A stretch of 59,062 nt of DNA, counting the filler, from Stramenopiles sp. TOSAG23-2 (Eukaryota), in assembly GCA_900128395.1 (NCBI GenBank). It is 6 parts of 6 records of this genome, joined end to end, with 100 filler letters (N's around TTAATTAATTAA, not from the genome) between each part and the next. Parts side by side here need not be neighbours in the genome. Positions count along the whole stretch, not along the records: positions 9,879 to 19,644 come from LT650079.1; positions 19,745 to 29,509 come from LT650080.1; 4 more parts are not named here. The stretch is one strand, 5' to 3'. Below, piece by piece: positions 10,579-20,995 of this stretch (positions are counted from its first letter, which is position 1; every line of letters begins with the position of its first letter). The notes under the pieces are model-generated. The model searched no databases. It was given only the letters and a program-made list of their open reading frames with translations, and had not been told where the DNA came from. A program made the position numbers and the translations under genes.

Positions 10579-11712
10579 ATGGTGAAACTTAGGACCCCAG
10601 AATCGGAAGACAGGGCATTAGGGAAACGTAGACGTACACCACCAAAACAATACACAGCTGAAAGTGCAACAACACATAATAAATCCTTTTCCTCCCAAAA
10701 ACGAAGTAAACCTGTATTGTATATACAAAAATATGATAAAATCATATCATTTATTGCATTTCTAGCAAATTGTAAATTGAATTCGACATGTAGCTTTAAA
10801 AATTACGACAGAAAAGTTGTAAATATTGTTGAAAATGTTATTACGTATCGAACATATGAGTCAAACGGAAGAACAACAGACACCCCAATAGATAGGCCGC
10901 AATCACCAGAACCTGGGAAAACTGTTGTTGGAAGCTGGTATTGGATAAAATGGCGCGATGGGTTGTTTTATGCAGCGGAAGTGAAACGCATCAACTCATA
11001 TACAGAATTTGTTGTTGTGTATGAAGGAGAAGAAACAAGAAACAAGCATCATATTATTAAGCATGGAAAATATTTTGACGACAATATTAAAAATATACAC
11101 GAAAAATTGCGTATTGGAGCAGAATCAGAAGAGTCAGAATCTGAGTTAACAGAAGAGGAGGAGGAAGAAGAAGAACAGGAAAAAATTGAAAATTATACTA
11201 TTTCAAGCAGCCGAAGTAAAGATGGTACTAAGAATAGGAATGTAGCTAGTAGTAGTAGCAGCAGCAGCAAGAAAGATGCACAACTATCCGTTGATTCGTT
11301 ATCATTGTCATGTTCACAACAGGAAGGACCATCATCATCATCATCAACAACAACAACAACAACAACAACAACAACCAGAACATCATCAACAAATACACTG
11401 CCTGATCCTTCATTAACACCTGGAATAGATATACCTCAGAACATGCATGTTGCATCTAGTAGCAGCAGTAATATTGGCGGGAATGTCAGGAGTGGAGTCA
11501 ACATTAACCCCACTATTATAGCTATGTTAAAAATTATCAATAATTTTGGCATGAAAGATAAAAATGAAGAAAATGTACTCGTTCAAGCAGCATTGAGTGG
11601 GAATAAACATTTAATTCACCTTTACATTGCTGGGTTTGATCCTGAACTTTTTATTCGCTATGGGCTAACTGCATTGCATGGTGGTGGTGGTGTTAGTAGT
11701 AGTGTACCCTAA
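10579..11712 (+). CDS. Low-complexity protein with a Tudor-like domain
   Basis: VGSWYWIKWRDGLFYAAEVKRINSYTEFVVVYEGEE fits a Tudor/royal-family barrel; basic NLS-like KRRR; first ATG at 10579. Confidence 0.65.
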   Translation: MVKLRTPESEDRALGKRRRTPPKQYTAESATTHNKSFSSQKRSKPVLYIQKYDKIISFIAFLANCKLNSTCSFKNYDRKVVNIVENVITYRTYESNGRTTDTPIDRPQSPEPGKTVVGSWYWIKWRDGLFYAAEVKRINSYTEFVVVYEGEETRNKHHIIKHGKYFDDNIKNIHEKLRIGAESEESESELTEEEEEEEEQEKIENYTISSSRSKDGTKNRNVASSSSSSSKKDAQLSVDSLSLSCSQQEGPSSSSSTTTTTTTTTTRTSSTNTLPDPSLTPGIDIPQNMHVASSSSSNIGGNVRSGVNINPTIIAMLKIINNFGMKDKNEENVLVQAALSGNKHLIHLYIAGFDPELFIRYGLTALHGGGGVSSSVP

Positions 11713-12085
11713 AGTCGAAATAGTTAATATTTATGGGCAACTTATTATTAAAGGTGTGTAATTAAAAATAAAATCCAATTTAATATTGACCCGGTTTTTC
11801 TTTTTACTACTTCGTAGATAATATCAAAACCTCGTGCACTCTCTAAAAGACAATATTTCTATGCATACGAAAATAAAAATTAAATTAATTTTTTGGAAAA
11901 TTTCAGACATTTTATTTATTTTTAGTCTATTAATATTTTCAAGCCAAGAAGATGCAAATAAATGCACTCTGGGAATTGAGATATTTTTTTTGATCAACAG
12001 AAAGTTAAATTGACGCCATGGTGAAGTTGTGCAATTTTTCAAAAGCCGTCGTCGGAGCTGGTCTCGTCGTCTTTGTTTCCTCGAT

Positions 12086-13162
12086 TTAGACTTTCCCAGC
12101 TCCGCCGGAGTACCCACCATCTGGTGAAACTGGTACTTTTCCGGCACCATGTAGACTCATGGGTAAAGTCTCGCCACCTGCTGGATGCGGGCTATATGCT
12201 TCAGCATTTGGGACCATGGATGCGCTTTTCTTAAAGTTAATTTCGCATGTTGAAATATCTGTCCTGATAATGAGTTCATATAAGGAGCGACAGCCAAAAA
12301 CAGTAAACAGGCAATATGTCGAATCAGTCAAGAAACAACTGTATGCAAAGTCAATAGGAATCATTTGATTGCTAACAAGAGGGGTCGCAGGTTCAATTAT
12401 TACCGTTGCGTTCACAGTCACATCGCGGTGCCGATTTGCATTTTGTAAGTGGCTTCTCCAAGCTTCCATAAATCTGCGTAGATCTTCAGGAACATTTATA
12501 CTTATGTAACTATCAAAAGCCAAACATTTTGTCTTTGCATTATGGTAGCCAAGACGATTAATGTCATCTCCCGAAAATGGTGAATTATCGATGCTAGATA
12601 CAACAGGAGTAAAGTTGTATGTGTGGCAAAACGTTGTTACAGTAACAGTTTCTGTTCGGCGGTGGTGCTTTCCGTTTGAGTCAGTATAGGAAGTGTTGCG
12701 AGTTGTCCTATGCGAACATTTCACTTCAATCCCCGCCTTGACTTTAGTATTTATAATGTTCTGCACGTACCTTTCTACTTTTGCAATAGCTTGTTCCGGG
12801 CTGCTAAATTTTTTCTTGGTTTTCATGTATGTTTTCAAGTAGTTTTCTGTTGTGCTATTGTGGTAACAGCTAAAACAAATAAGAAAAGGCCACATGATCG
12901 CGCTAATCATAATAAACGCCCAGCCATTACACCATGTTCTTCTGCAGTCAATACTAAATTGCTCTTCCAGTGGAAGCGACTCGCATGATGCACGACGTCT
13001 TTCGCAAGCAGCGTTGTCCGCGATACTGATAATAAGGCAAGCGATGCAGACGAGCACCGAGATGTCTCCAATTAGCCCACACAATGATATGGGTTTGTCC
13101 ACGTGCGTAATCTTCAGCGCCGATGAACCAGCGGGCTCGTAATCTGGAGCTGGGTGTTTCAT
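12086..13162 (-). CDS. TMEM151-like two-TM membrane protein
   Basis: Two N-terminal TM helices, then CYHNSTTENYL, VKCSHRTTRNTSYTDSNGKHHRRTETVTVTTF and CLFTVFGCRSLYEL, matching the TMEM151 family pattern. Confidence 0.65.
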   Translation of the reverse strand: MKHPAPDYEPAGSSALKITHVDKPISLCGLIGDISVLVCIACLIISIADNAACERRRASCESLPLEEQFSIDCRRTWCNGWAFIMISAIMWPFLICFSCYHNSTTENYLKTYMKTKKKFSSPEQAIAKVERYVQNIINTKVKAGIEVKCSHRTTRNTSYTDSNGKHHRRTETVTVTTFCHTYNFTPVVSSIDNSPFSGDDINRLGYHNAKTKCLAFDSYISINVPEDLRRFMEAWRSHLQNANRHRDVTVNATVIIEPATPLVSNQMIPIDFAYSCFLTDSTYCLFTVFGCRSLYELIIRTDISTCEINFKKSASMVPNAEAYSPHPAGGETLPMSLHGAGKVPVSPDGGYSGGAGKV

Positions 13163-13957
13163 TGCGATCTATGCGCGTGAAGTGCGTAAACTTTGGATGG
13201 TCCAAAAACTTGTACGTCGCTCGGGGAAAAGATCGTCGATCGCACCGCATTGATATATTGATTTTAATTAAATATTATTATTTTTTTCTTATTTTGCTTT
13301 ACCTTTTACCACCTGATGTGTGTTACTTACTATTATACAGTACCACAGTATTAATGTATAATACACTGACTTTTCCTTTTGGAAAAGTCTAAGGACCTAG
13401 AGTTGCTAGACTAGAAAGCTGGATAGCTCCAGAGCTAGCCAGATAGCCAGATACAGCCCAGCTTAAGCTAGAGTAAAGCTGCTCCTCAAAGAATCGAAGC
13501 GTAATTTATATATATGCGCCTCTCGAAATTTTAATTTAAGGGTGTTATTAGTTTAAGTTCAATGAGTCCAAATAAAGGGGCCTATGCCATTTTAATTTTA
13601 ATTTAAATTTTATTCTATAAACGGTCTTTGCTAGGAGGTATTCTTGTATTCTAAATAGTGTACTTGTATAAATTCACATTTTCAAAGAATGTGACAGTTA
13701 TTTTTTTTCAAAGATCATCATCAGCTTATATGCACCTATTAGTACACAGCTATTATTATATATATACCCTTTTCAATATTAATACAAAGTGAAAGAAGAA
13801 ACAGGAAGAAACACAATACAAAAGTAAAGATATCCTATATAAGATAGAGAGATAGTATAGAGATATAAACAGGCATATAGATATATCCTTTTGTATAATT
13901 TCTTATCAAGATAGAGATACATATATACTCGTGTGTATATATATATATATATATATT

Positions 13958-14105
13958 TATATCAATCCAAAAGAAAATGTCATTCTCATTACATTCTCGT
14001 TCCGGTTCAACCAAATCAAAAACGTTAAACGTATATCAATCCAAAAGAAAATGTCATTCTCATTACATTCTCGTTCCGGTTCAACCAAATCAAAAACGTT
14101 AAACG
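13958..14105. repeat. Perfect 74-bp tandem duplication spanning the start codon of the downstream gene
   Basis: 13958-14031 is identical to 14032-14105. Confidence 0.95.
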
Positions 14106-17100
14106 GGCCTTCACATGATGAGTGGTTAAGACAAAAAGAACGTGAAAAAGATGACCTTGCACATTTAAAAATGTTAAAGAAAAAGAAAGAAAAAGCATTG
14201 AAGCAGAAAAAAAAGGCAGATGTTGAAAAATCGTTCAATAGTTGGGTGAAGAAGAAAAGTCGTTATGAAAAAATCGTTGATCTATTAAGTAAAATGAAAA
14301 TTGCACGTGCACAAGAGGACAAACCGTGGAGAGAAGTTGGTATTTCCCTTGCAGCTTGTGATTGTTTACTAGGTACATATGATTTATCTGATGCGGATGA
14401 TGATATACCAAGCTTAGGACCGAAAATGGCACCTGTACCAAAAGGAAAAAACGTACCAGCATCACAACGACCATTGCCTACGTTGGCGAAGAAGTGGGTT
14501 GCATGGTCAAAAGGACGTGCAGGGGACCCAAGACATCAATATGCAGATGTTATTATACCAAAAGATGAAGGCAAGAAACTATCGCCACAAGTACAAGAAA
14601 ATGCGGAAGTTTATGCACAAAGTTATAAGGAAAGTTTGAAATACAAACGTGGTGAAGGTAGTCAACAAGGCAGTGATGTCGATGATGATGAACAAGATGA
14701 CAGCGAAAGCTTTTGGAAAGTGAGTAAAGATGAAGACATGGATGATGACGAAATAGAGTTTGTATTGCCAGCATTAGGTTTTACACCTCCATTAGGACGT
14801 GCACCAAGAAATAAAATGGAAGAAATTTTAGAAACATCAACTGGTCTATTAAATACGATATGGAACAGACGTACGAAATTGATCTGGAAAAAATGCCAAC
14901 AACAAGTTATTTTAAGAGTAAAAAAACGGCTTGCAAAATTTGAGGCGGATAGAGAGGAAGATAGCGATCCAGATGATGGTGGGTTGGACGAGGAGGAATT
15001 GAAACGGAATAAACTAGAAAGTATATTGCTTTCAATGAGTATCGGCCGCATGTCGAAATGGATTGAGAAAGATCTTATTGCCGATGAGGATCTTAAACGT
15101 GAAAAGGAGGATGAAGATAGGCAAAATGGTATTAATTTACATGCTGGATGGTTAAGAAACAAAAATCGTAATATGATACGCTTACCACCTCCAACGGATG
15201 AGCAATTGGCAGCAGCGAAAAAAGTAGTTGCACCGAGGATGAACTTCGGTAGTCGCTCCGTTGCGCGTAAGAAGAAAATTAATGTAATGACAAATTCAGT
15301 AGACATGATGTTAAGCTCCGGTTTACGCACAATTCATGCAAATCCAAAATCAAAAAGTGATTTAGAAGATGCACGTAAAGCGCTTTTAAAGATGGGATAT
15401 GTCAATAAAGCCAATTTTGTTGCTCAAAATCACGACAAATTAGAAGATGGACAAGTTGATGAGGATGATTTCAGAACGCAATTATTAGAAAATCCAGCGG
15501 TGCAACGTGTTAAAGAATTAAATGCGGAAAAAGATAAGCGAAACGATGGTAAAGATTATGACGATTGGCAATTGCAAAAAGAGCAAGTAGCTAGAGCAAA
15601 AAAATGCTTAAGCATGATTGATAGACCATATGAAGGGGAATCGAAAGAAAGTGATGAAGAGCAGAGAGAAGATTATTGGAAAAAAGTTGGGAAGAATTTA
15701 AAACGAGTGGATGTTACTTTGATGCCACAATATGCTATCTGGTCTGAAGGTTACAAAACATTTGGGGAATGTAAAACCGCATGGGAGAAAAATTACCCAC
15801 CTTTTGATGTCTTTAATCATCCAGATGCAGCGGAAAAATTGAGTAGAAAAGAATTTGCAGATTTGCAAAATAAACAAGTAGCAATGGAATTGACTAAAGA
15901 TACCTTGTTAAAAATTATTAAAAATCGACGTGATTATAATTGGGATGATCCATTTAATGATACAATTGATAGTAAAATTGATCGTTTAGGGGAAAGATAT
16001 GATCAATACAGAGTTTTAAAAAAACTGGATGAATCTGTATTTAAAAAAGTACAAAAAAAAGCATACTCCTATAATGATTTGAATAAAATTTTAAGAAAGG
16101 AAGGTGCACGTTTAAGCGAGGATGACGCACATACTTTATTTATGGAATTAAAATTGAAACGTTATAAAAAAAGACGTGCAATGACACCATCTGAATTGCA
16201 AAAGTTCTTCAGCGATGAAGGTATTGCATTGACTGGACCGGAGATCAAAAGTTTATATGCTGCATTCGATGCAAATAATGATAATGAATTATCATCGACT
16301 GAATTTATGACCTTTGCAAAACAAGCCAGGACTGCACAATTAAACCCAAACAGTGATTTCTGGTCTACCTTACCAACTTTGCAAACATACTTAGAAAAAT
16401 TAAACGAAAAAAGCGTCGACAAACAAAAGTTAAGAAAACAAGGCGTTCGTGCATTAGAAAAGCTTGCACATGCTAATTTAGAAGCAGAAAAAGAGCAAAA
16501 AATGCTTGAAAAAGGACAGCCGCCTGCATCACCACTATTAACAATGGATCGTTCAATGGAAAAAACTAAACGAAAAAGAAGCAAAAAAGGTAATGATGGA
16601 ACAACTAGCTTGACGTTAAATTGGATGCCAGGTGAAAGCGATGCATTACCAATATTCTACGTATTGGAAGTTGCTGACAAAAGTGGAAAAATTTTCGAAG
16701 AAGTTTGCAAGGATCCACCAAGTGCATTTAATAATGGACAACCTGTTTTTCCCGAAGGCGTCAAAATCGTTGAAAACTTAACGCCAAATACAAATTATCT
16801 ATTCCGTATTACTGCGTTCAATGGTTTTGGTCCTAGTACACCTACATACGCAAATTTTACTACGTTACCAATTGCACCGCCACAACCTCGTGTAGCCAAG
16901 ACAACTGTTACAGTAGACAAATGCGCGGTCACATTGTCATGGGGTGAGGGTGAAGAATATATGAAAAAAATCAAACAGTTAAGGAAAATATTTGACATTT
17001 TAGATGATGAACCTCAAGACGGAACATTGTCTCGAAAAGAATTTAAAGATTTTGAAACGGAGATACATAAAAATCCAAATTTAGCAGAATTTTTAGCTTG

Positions 17101-19297
17101 GTCCGGATGTGACAAAAACAAATTATTTGATTTTAATACATATGATGATGATGATGATGGCATAATGACATTTGAAGAGTTTGCGAAAGTGTTGCTTTCA
17201 TTAGTGCAAATTAATGCTAACAAACCAAGAGTTCAGAAGGATGGCGATTTGGAAACAAAAACAACCGATTCTGGCGCAGCAGTTGCATCTGGTACAAAAT
17301 TTTTACTGTTACAATGTGTTGCAGACGACGCGGAGCAAATGTACACACCAGTAACTGCCCCAACTCACAAAACCGAATGGATTGTCTCTGGATTAATCCC
17401 AGGACAGAGTTACCAATTTGCTGTACAAGCGCTTAATCAAGATAACGAAGCCGGCCCACAAAGTAAGCCATGTATCGTCAATGCATTGTATTATGAACCA
17501 GAAGTTCCAAAAGCTATAGTGACAAAAAGTGGTGCTGTTAAAATTGGATGGAAAGCAGCTCCAGTTCTAGATATTAGTAGCATGCTTCTAGGTGATGTAG
17601 GTGGTTCCACACCTTCAAATAGTAAACGGTTGGGTAATAGCCAATCGAAAAATAAATTGCGCAATAGCGATAGCGGAGCTCTGCGTGCATCGAAAGAGAA
17701 ACTTTATAACAAAAACCCGCTAGCAGCAAGTGCACAATTCAATAAAGGTGTGCAAGGGACACAATCAGGGACTTGGATGAAAAAACTTGCTGATTGGACA
17801 AACCCGAAAAGTGAAGGAAGTGATTATGCTGAAAGTGGCGTCAGTCAAAGCTCCGTCGCGCGGATTTTCAATAGATACGACCGGCCTAGTGAAAAAACAG
17901 GGGAGCCGGATGGAACACTAGACGCGACTGAATTGAAAATTTTTTTGAAAGATTTAGGTATGCCTGCAGATAGTGCAGCAGTAGAATCTGTCCTACAAGA
18001 TATGGATGAAGATGGTAATGGAATCATATCGTTGACGGAATTTACAAAATGGTGGAAAAAGCATGATGTTACTTACGTATTGAAATGGGATAATGGTACG
18101 CCAGAAAGTTTACTTAGTGCAAGTGGTGGTAGAGTACCTGGGCGCCCTAATTTTGTAAATGCAGATTATTTCAAACAAGATCAAAATGGCAAAGATATTA
18201 CATCATGTTATTTTAAAATAAATGATGGAAGCGACAAAGGAGTGAAATCTAGAAAAAATTTAAATATAAGCGAATTTTTATTAGAACCAAACACGATGTA
18301 TAGATTTGCAATTAGATATAGAACAAGACGTTCTTTCAGTCCATTAAGTCGTGAACTTCAAATATGTACACCACCGGGCCAACCAACGCAACCTGCAGTG
18401 GTAAGCGTACGTGCTAGAGAAGTTACATTGAAATGGTACCCAGGGCTTGGAGGTGCTGCGTTCAAATATGTTGTATTGTATAAGAAGCTTGCAAAAATTA
18501 ATAGTTCTGGTAAATTAGATACCAAACTACTAGATACAAGCTCCAACGATGGATGGGAAAAATGTTACGAAGGTTCCAATACACTTGCGCGAATTACGAC
18601 TGGATTGGATGCAGAGACGGCATATGCATTTAAAGTAGCTGGATTAAATAGACAATATGCACGTGGGGAGGCAAGCATTCCTGTGCAAATTGTTACAAAA
18701 CGTAGTCGGGAAGATATTAATACAACACCTGATAATGTAGAAGAAATCTTTACAATAGAATGTACTGGAGATGTTGTTACTGGCGATACAATTGTATTTA
18801 CGGAACGAGTTTATGGCATCGTTAGTAAAAATGCTATGGCAATGCAGAAAGAAAATAGAAAACAAAAGGTATTAATGAGTAGGAATAAGTCGAAGGGTTC
18901 ACATTGGCGTCCACCATCGGTTAATAATTCTAAATTAAGTGTTGAGTCATCAGGCTCTATAAGATTGTCGCAATCAATAGATGGTGGTAGTGGCAAGAAA
19001 GAATTCATAACTGAGCGGACAATTGCCGCTGTAGTATTTAAAGAAAGTGATGGTGATAATAAACGAACTTTAACGATGCAAGTTGTTTGGTGTGTCACAT
19101 CAAAGAATACTGATGTAGCAAAGAGTAAAATGGTTAAAGCTGGTGCAATTATTAGTCGTGCAGAAAATCATTTAAGAGAGTTTGAAGTTTTACGTTGTCA
19201 ATGGGCACAAGAAAATGCTAGATGGACTAGTAGTGAAGAAAAGACTGCAAGAGCAATGGATAATGGTCTTTTGGAAGATGATATGGAGATGCTGTAA
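14051..19297 (+). CDS. Large EF-hand / fibronectin type III multidomain protein (1748 aa)
   Basis: EF loops DANNDNELSSTEF, DDDDDGIMTFEEF and DEDGNGIISLTEF; four FN3 signatures LTPNTNYLFRITAFN, LIPGQSYQFAVQALN, LEPNTMYRFAIR and LDAETAYAFKVAGLN. Confidence 0.88.
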   Translation: MSFSLHSRSGSTKSKTLNGPSHDEWLRQKEREKDDLAHLKMLKKKKEKALKQKKKADVEKSFNSWVKKKSRYEKIVDLLSKMKIARAQEDKPWREVGISLAACDCLLGTYDLSDADDDIPSLGPKMAPVPKGKNVPASQRPLPTLAKKWVAWSKGRAGDPRHQYADVIIPKDEGKKLSPQVQENAEVYAQSYKESLKYKRGEGSQQGSDVDDDEQDDSESFWKVSKDEDMDDDEIEFVLPALGFTPPLGRAPRNKMEEILETSTGLLNTIWNRRTKLIWKKCQQQVILRVKKRLAKFEADREEDSDPDDGGLDEEELKRNKLESILLSMSIGRMSKWIEKDLIADEDLKREKEDEDRQNGINLHAGWLRNKNRNMIRLPPPTDEQLAAAKKVVAPRMNFGSRSVARKKKINVMTNSVDMMLSSGLRTIHANPKSKSDLEDARKALLKMGYVNKANFVAQNHDKLEDGQVDEDDFRTQLLENPAVQRVKELNAEKDKRNDGKDYDDWQLQKEQVARAKKCLSMIDRPYEGESKESDEEQREDYWKKVGKNLKRVDVTLMPQYAIWSEGYKTFGECKTAWEKNYPPFDVFNHPDAAEKLSRKEFADLQNKQVAMELTKDTLLKIIKNRRDYNWDDPFNDTIDSKIDRLGERYDQYRVLKKLDESVFKKVQKKAYSYNDLNKILRKEGARLSEDDAHTLFMELKLKRYKKRRAMTPSELQKFFSDEGIALTGPEIKSLYAAFDANNDNELSSTEFMTFAKQARTAQLNPNSDFWSTLPTLQTYLEKLNEKSVDKQKLRKQGVRALEKLAHANLEAEKEQKMLEKGQPPASPLLTMDRSMEKTKRKRSKKGNDGTTSLTLNWMPGESDALPIFYVLEVADKSGKIFEEVCKDPPSAFNNGQPVFPEGVKIVENLTPNTNYLFRITAFNGFGPSTPTYANFTTLPIAPPQPRVAKTTVTVDKCAVTLSWGEGEEYMKKIKQLRKIFDILDDEPQDGTLSRKEFKDFETEIHKNPNLAEFLAWSGCDKNKLFDFNTYDDDDDGIMTFEEFAKVLLSLVQINANKPRVQKDGDLETKTTDSGAAVASGTKFLLLQCVADDAEQMYTPVTAPTHKTEWIVSGLIPGQSYQFAVQALNQDNEAGPQSKPCIVNALYYEPEVPKAIVTKSGAVKIGWKAAPVLDISSMLLGDVGGSTPSNSKRLGNSQSKNKLRNSDSGALRASKEKLYNKNPLAASAQFNKGVQGTQSGTWMKKLADWTNPKSEGSDYAESGVSQSSVARIFNRYDRPSEKTGEPDGTLDATELKIFLKDLGMPADSAAVESVLQDMDEDGNGIISLTEFTKWWKKHDVTYVLKWDNGTPESLLSASGGRVPGRPNFVNADYFKQDQNGKDITSCYFKINDGSDKGVKSRKNLNISEFLLEPNTMYRFAIRYRTRRSFSPLSRELQICTPPGQPTQPAVVSVRAREVTLKWYPGLGGAAFKYVVLYKKLAKINSSGKLDTKLLDTSSNDGWEKCYEGSNTLARITTGLDAETAYAFKVAGLNRQYARGEASIPVQIVTKRSREDINTTPDNVEEIFTIECTGDVVTGDTIVFTERVYGIVSKNAMAMQKENRKQKVLMSRNKSKGSHWRPPSVNNSKLSVESSGSIRLSQSIDGGSGKKEFITERTIAAVVFKESDGDNKRTLTMQVVWCVTSKNTDVAKSKMVKAGAIISRAENHLREFEVLRCQWAQENARWTSSEEKTARAMDNGLLEDDMEML

Positions 19298-19516
19298 AAT
19301 ATGATTGGTTAAAATCTTTTAAAGTTATGTTTTAAATATATAATAAATACGAAGAGAGAAAATATACGAGTATAAAAGAAAAGACTGCAAGAGCAATGGA
19401 TAATGGTCTTTTGGAAGATGATATGGAGATGCTGTAAAATATGATTGGTTAAAATCTTTTAAAGTTATGTTTTAAATATATAATAAATACGAAGAGAGAA
19501 AATATACGAGTATAAA
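19236..19516. repeat. Perfect 140-bp tandem duplication spanning the stop codon and 3' UTR
   Basis: The sequence beginning at 19236 recurs exactly at 19376. Confidence 0.95.
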
Positions 19517-19644
19517 TTTTCTCTTACTCATATATACTCGTATAATTTTTCTCTTATCATACTCATATATATTATTACTATGGAAATCAATATAAGGAAT
19601 TGCATGAGGAACACATCAGGAATGACTCTATTCTGACGCACGGT

Positions 19645-19744
19645 NNNNNNNNNNNNNNNNNNNNNNNNNNNNNNNNNNNNNNNNNNNNTTAATTAATTAA
19701 NNNNNNNNNNNNNNNNNNNNNNNNNNNNNNNNNNNNNNNNNNNN
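19645..19744. other. Artificial contig spacer
   Basis: N44-TTAATTAATTAA-N44. Confidence 0.98.
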
Positions 19745-20084
19745 CAAACAAGATACAACAACGATATCCAAGATGAGTAGTAGCAACAAAAAGCAAAAAT
19801 TAAAAAATAAAATAAAATAAAATATGTTTGAATGCTATAAAGGGCCGCGATTAAAAGTATCAAATACACGATAGTAAACTTTTATGATTATTAGAGTGTC
19901 CTCTATTTATTAAATACGTATGATATGATATAATGTTCATTTATACACCTCGTCGTTGGTATATGATATTATTTATATCATATGATATGATATTTTAAAT
20001 ATCATATCATACACACATGAAACAAGACCCAGCAAAAATTAAAAATATTTTTTCTTTCCGTGTGTGTGTGTGTAAATAATACTT

Positions 20085-20405
20085 TTAACACATACGACTC
20101 TCCTTCAACCATTTTCTTTTATCCTTCAACTCGTTAAATTTCCATTCATCGTGTGCTCCTTCTTTCTCTAATATTTCAATGTCAAACGTGGCGCCTTTAC
20201 TACGTACACCAATAATACCAACTGTATCTGCTTTATTTTTGATTACGATTTCTGCGTTTATCATTTTTGACATTCCTAATGTATTATCAAAATCACTTTT
20301 ACATTTTTTCAAAAACTAAATGATTATAAATAACAGCTATCGTTTGTTCTGTTTTTGTCTCTCTTTTGTTGTTATTTCTTTTCCATTCAAGTATTTCTAC
20401 TCATC
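20085..20405 (-). pseudogene. Possible decayed or frameshifted coding fragment
   Basis: Two adjacent protein-like frames (VEILEWKRNNNKRETKTEQTIAVIYNHLVFEKM* and LKKCKSDFDNTLG...KRKWLKESRMC*) with no clean start; no family recognised. Confidence 0.25.
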
Positions 20406-20995
20406 CATAGTTATGGTTGGTTAACACATTTTGACAGTACGTGTAAATTTATTGGTTATATAATCCCTCCACTTTTTCCACTCAAATTAGATCGACGACG
20501 AAGAAGAAGATTTCACCTCCTTTTTTTTATTATTTTAAATTTATTCAATTTTTATATGCTATTTCTACGTAACATTATTTTAAGGTGTTTTTGGCACCTT
20601 TCGTAGATTTGGAGGAAATGTGTCCGGTGCTCCTGAGAATCGCAGAAGACTAAAGCGTGGCGGAGCAAAAAGATTCCTTCACGTTTTTTTGTCTAGGATT
20701 TAGAATGGACACAGCAGGTACTAAAAAATAAAACTACACAGTATTGAAAAAACGTGTAAGAATACAAGGACCCTCATGAGCACGAAGAAGCACATTTATT
20801 ATTAAAATAAAAGAGGGGAAATATTAAATATATATAAAATAAACATTTAGAAATGGAATGATGAAAGGCGTATTAATATCAAACAGGAAAAACATTTTTG
20901 ATTTAAATAATAGAATATAATATAACCATTTTTCATAACAGGTAGGAATATTATATATATATATATAAACGGGAAAAAATGAAACAAATTATAAT

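Noticed and set aside
12086-13250. Higher GC of the TMEM151-like gene as evidence of horizontal transfer
   Set aside because: Modest shift judged by eye, a eukaryotic family and no mobile-element signatures.
13931-14050. N-terminal extension of the 1788-aa ORF from a GTG start
   Set aside because: Consists of a (TA)n tract and the out-of-phase duplicate of the start region; the ATG at 14051 is more plausible.
19573-19587. 15-bp match tattactatggaaat also at 50523-50537
   Set aside because: Very AT-rich with no flanking similarity; plausible by chance.
20610-20720. GC-richer stretch considered as a tRNA or other ncRNA
   Set aside because: No cloverleaf, T-loop consensus or snoRNA box pairing found.
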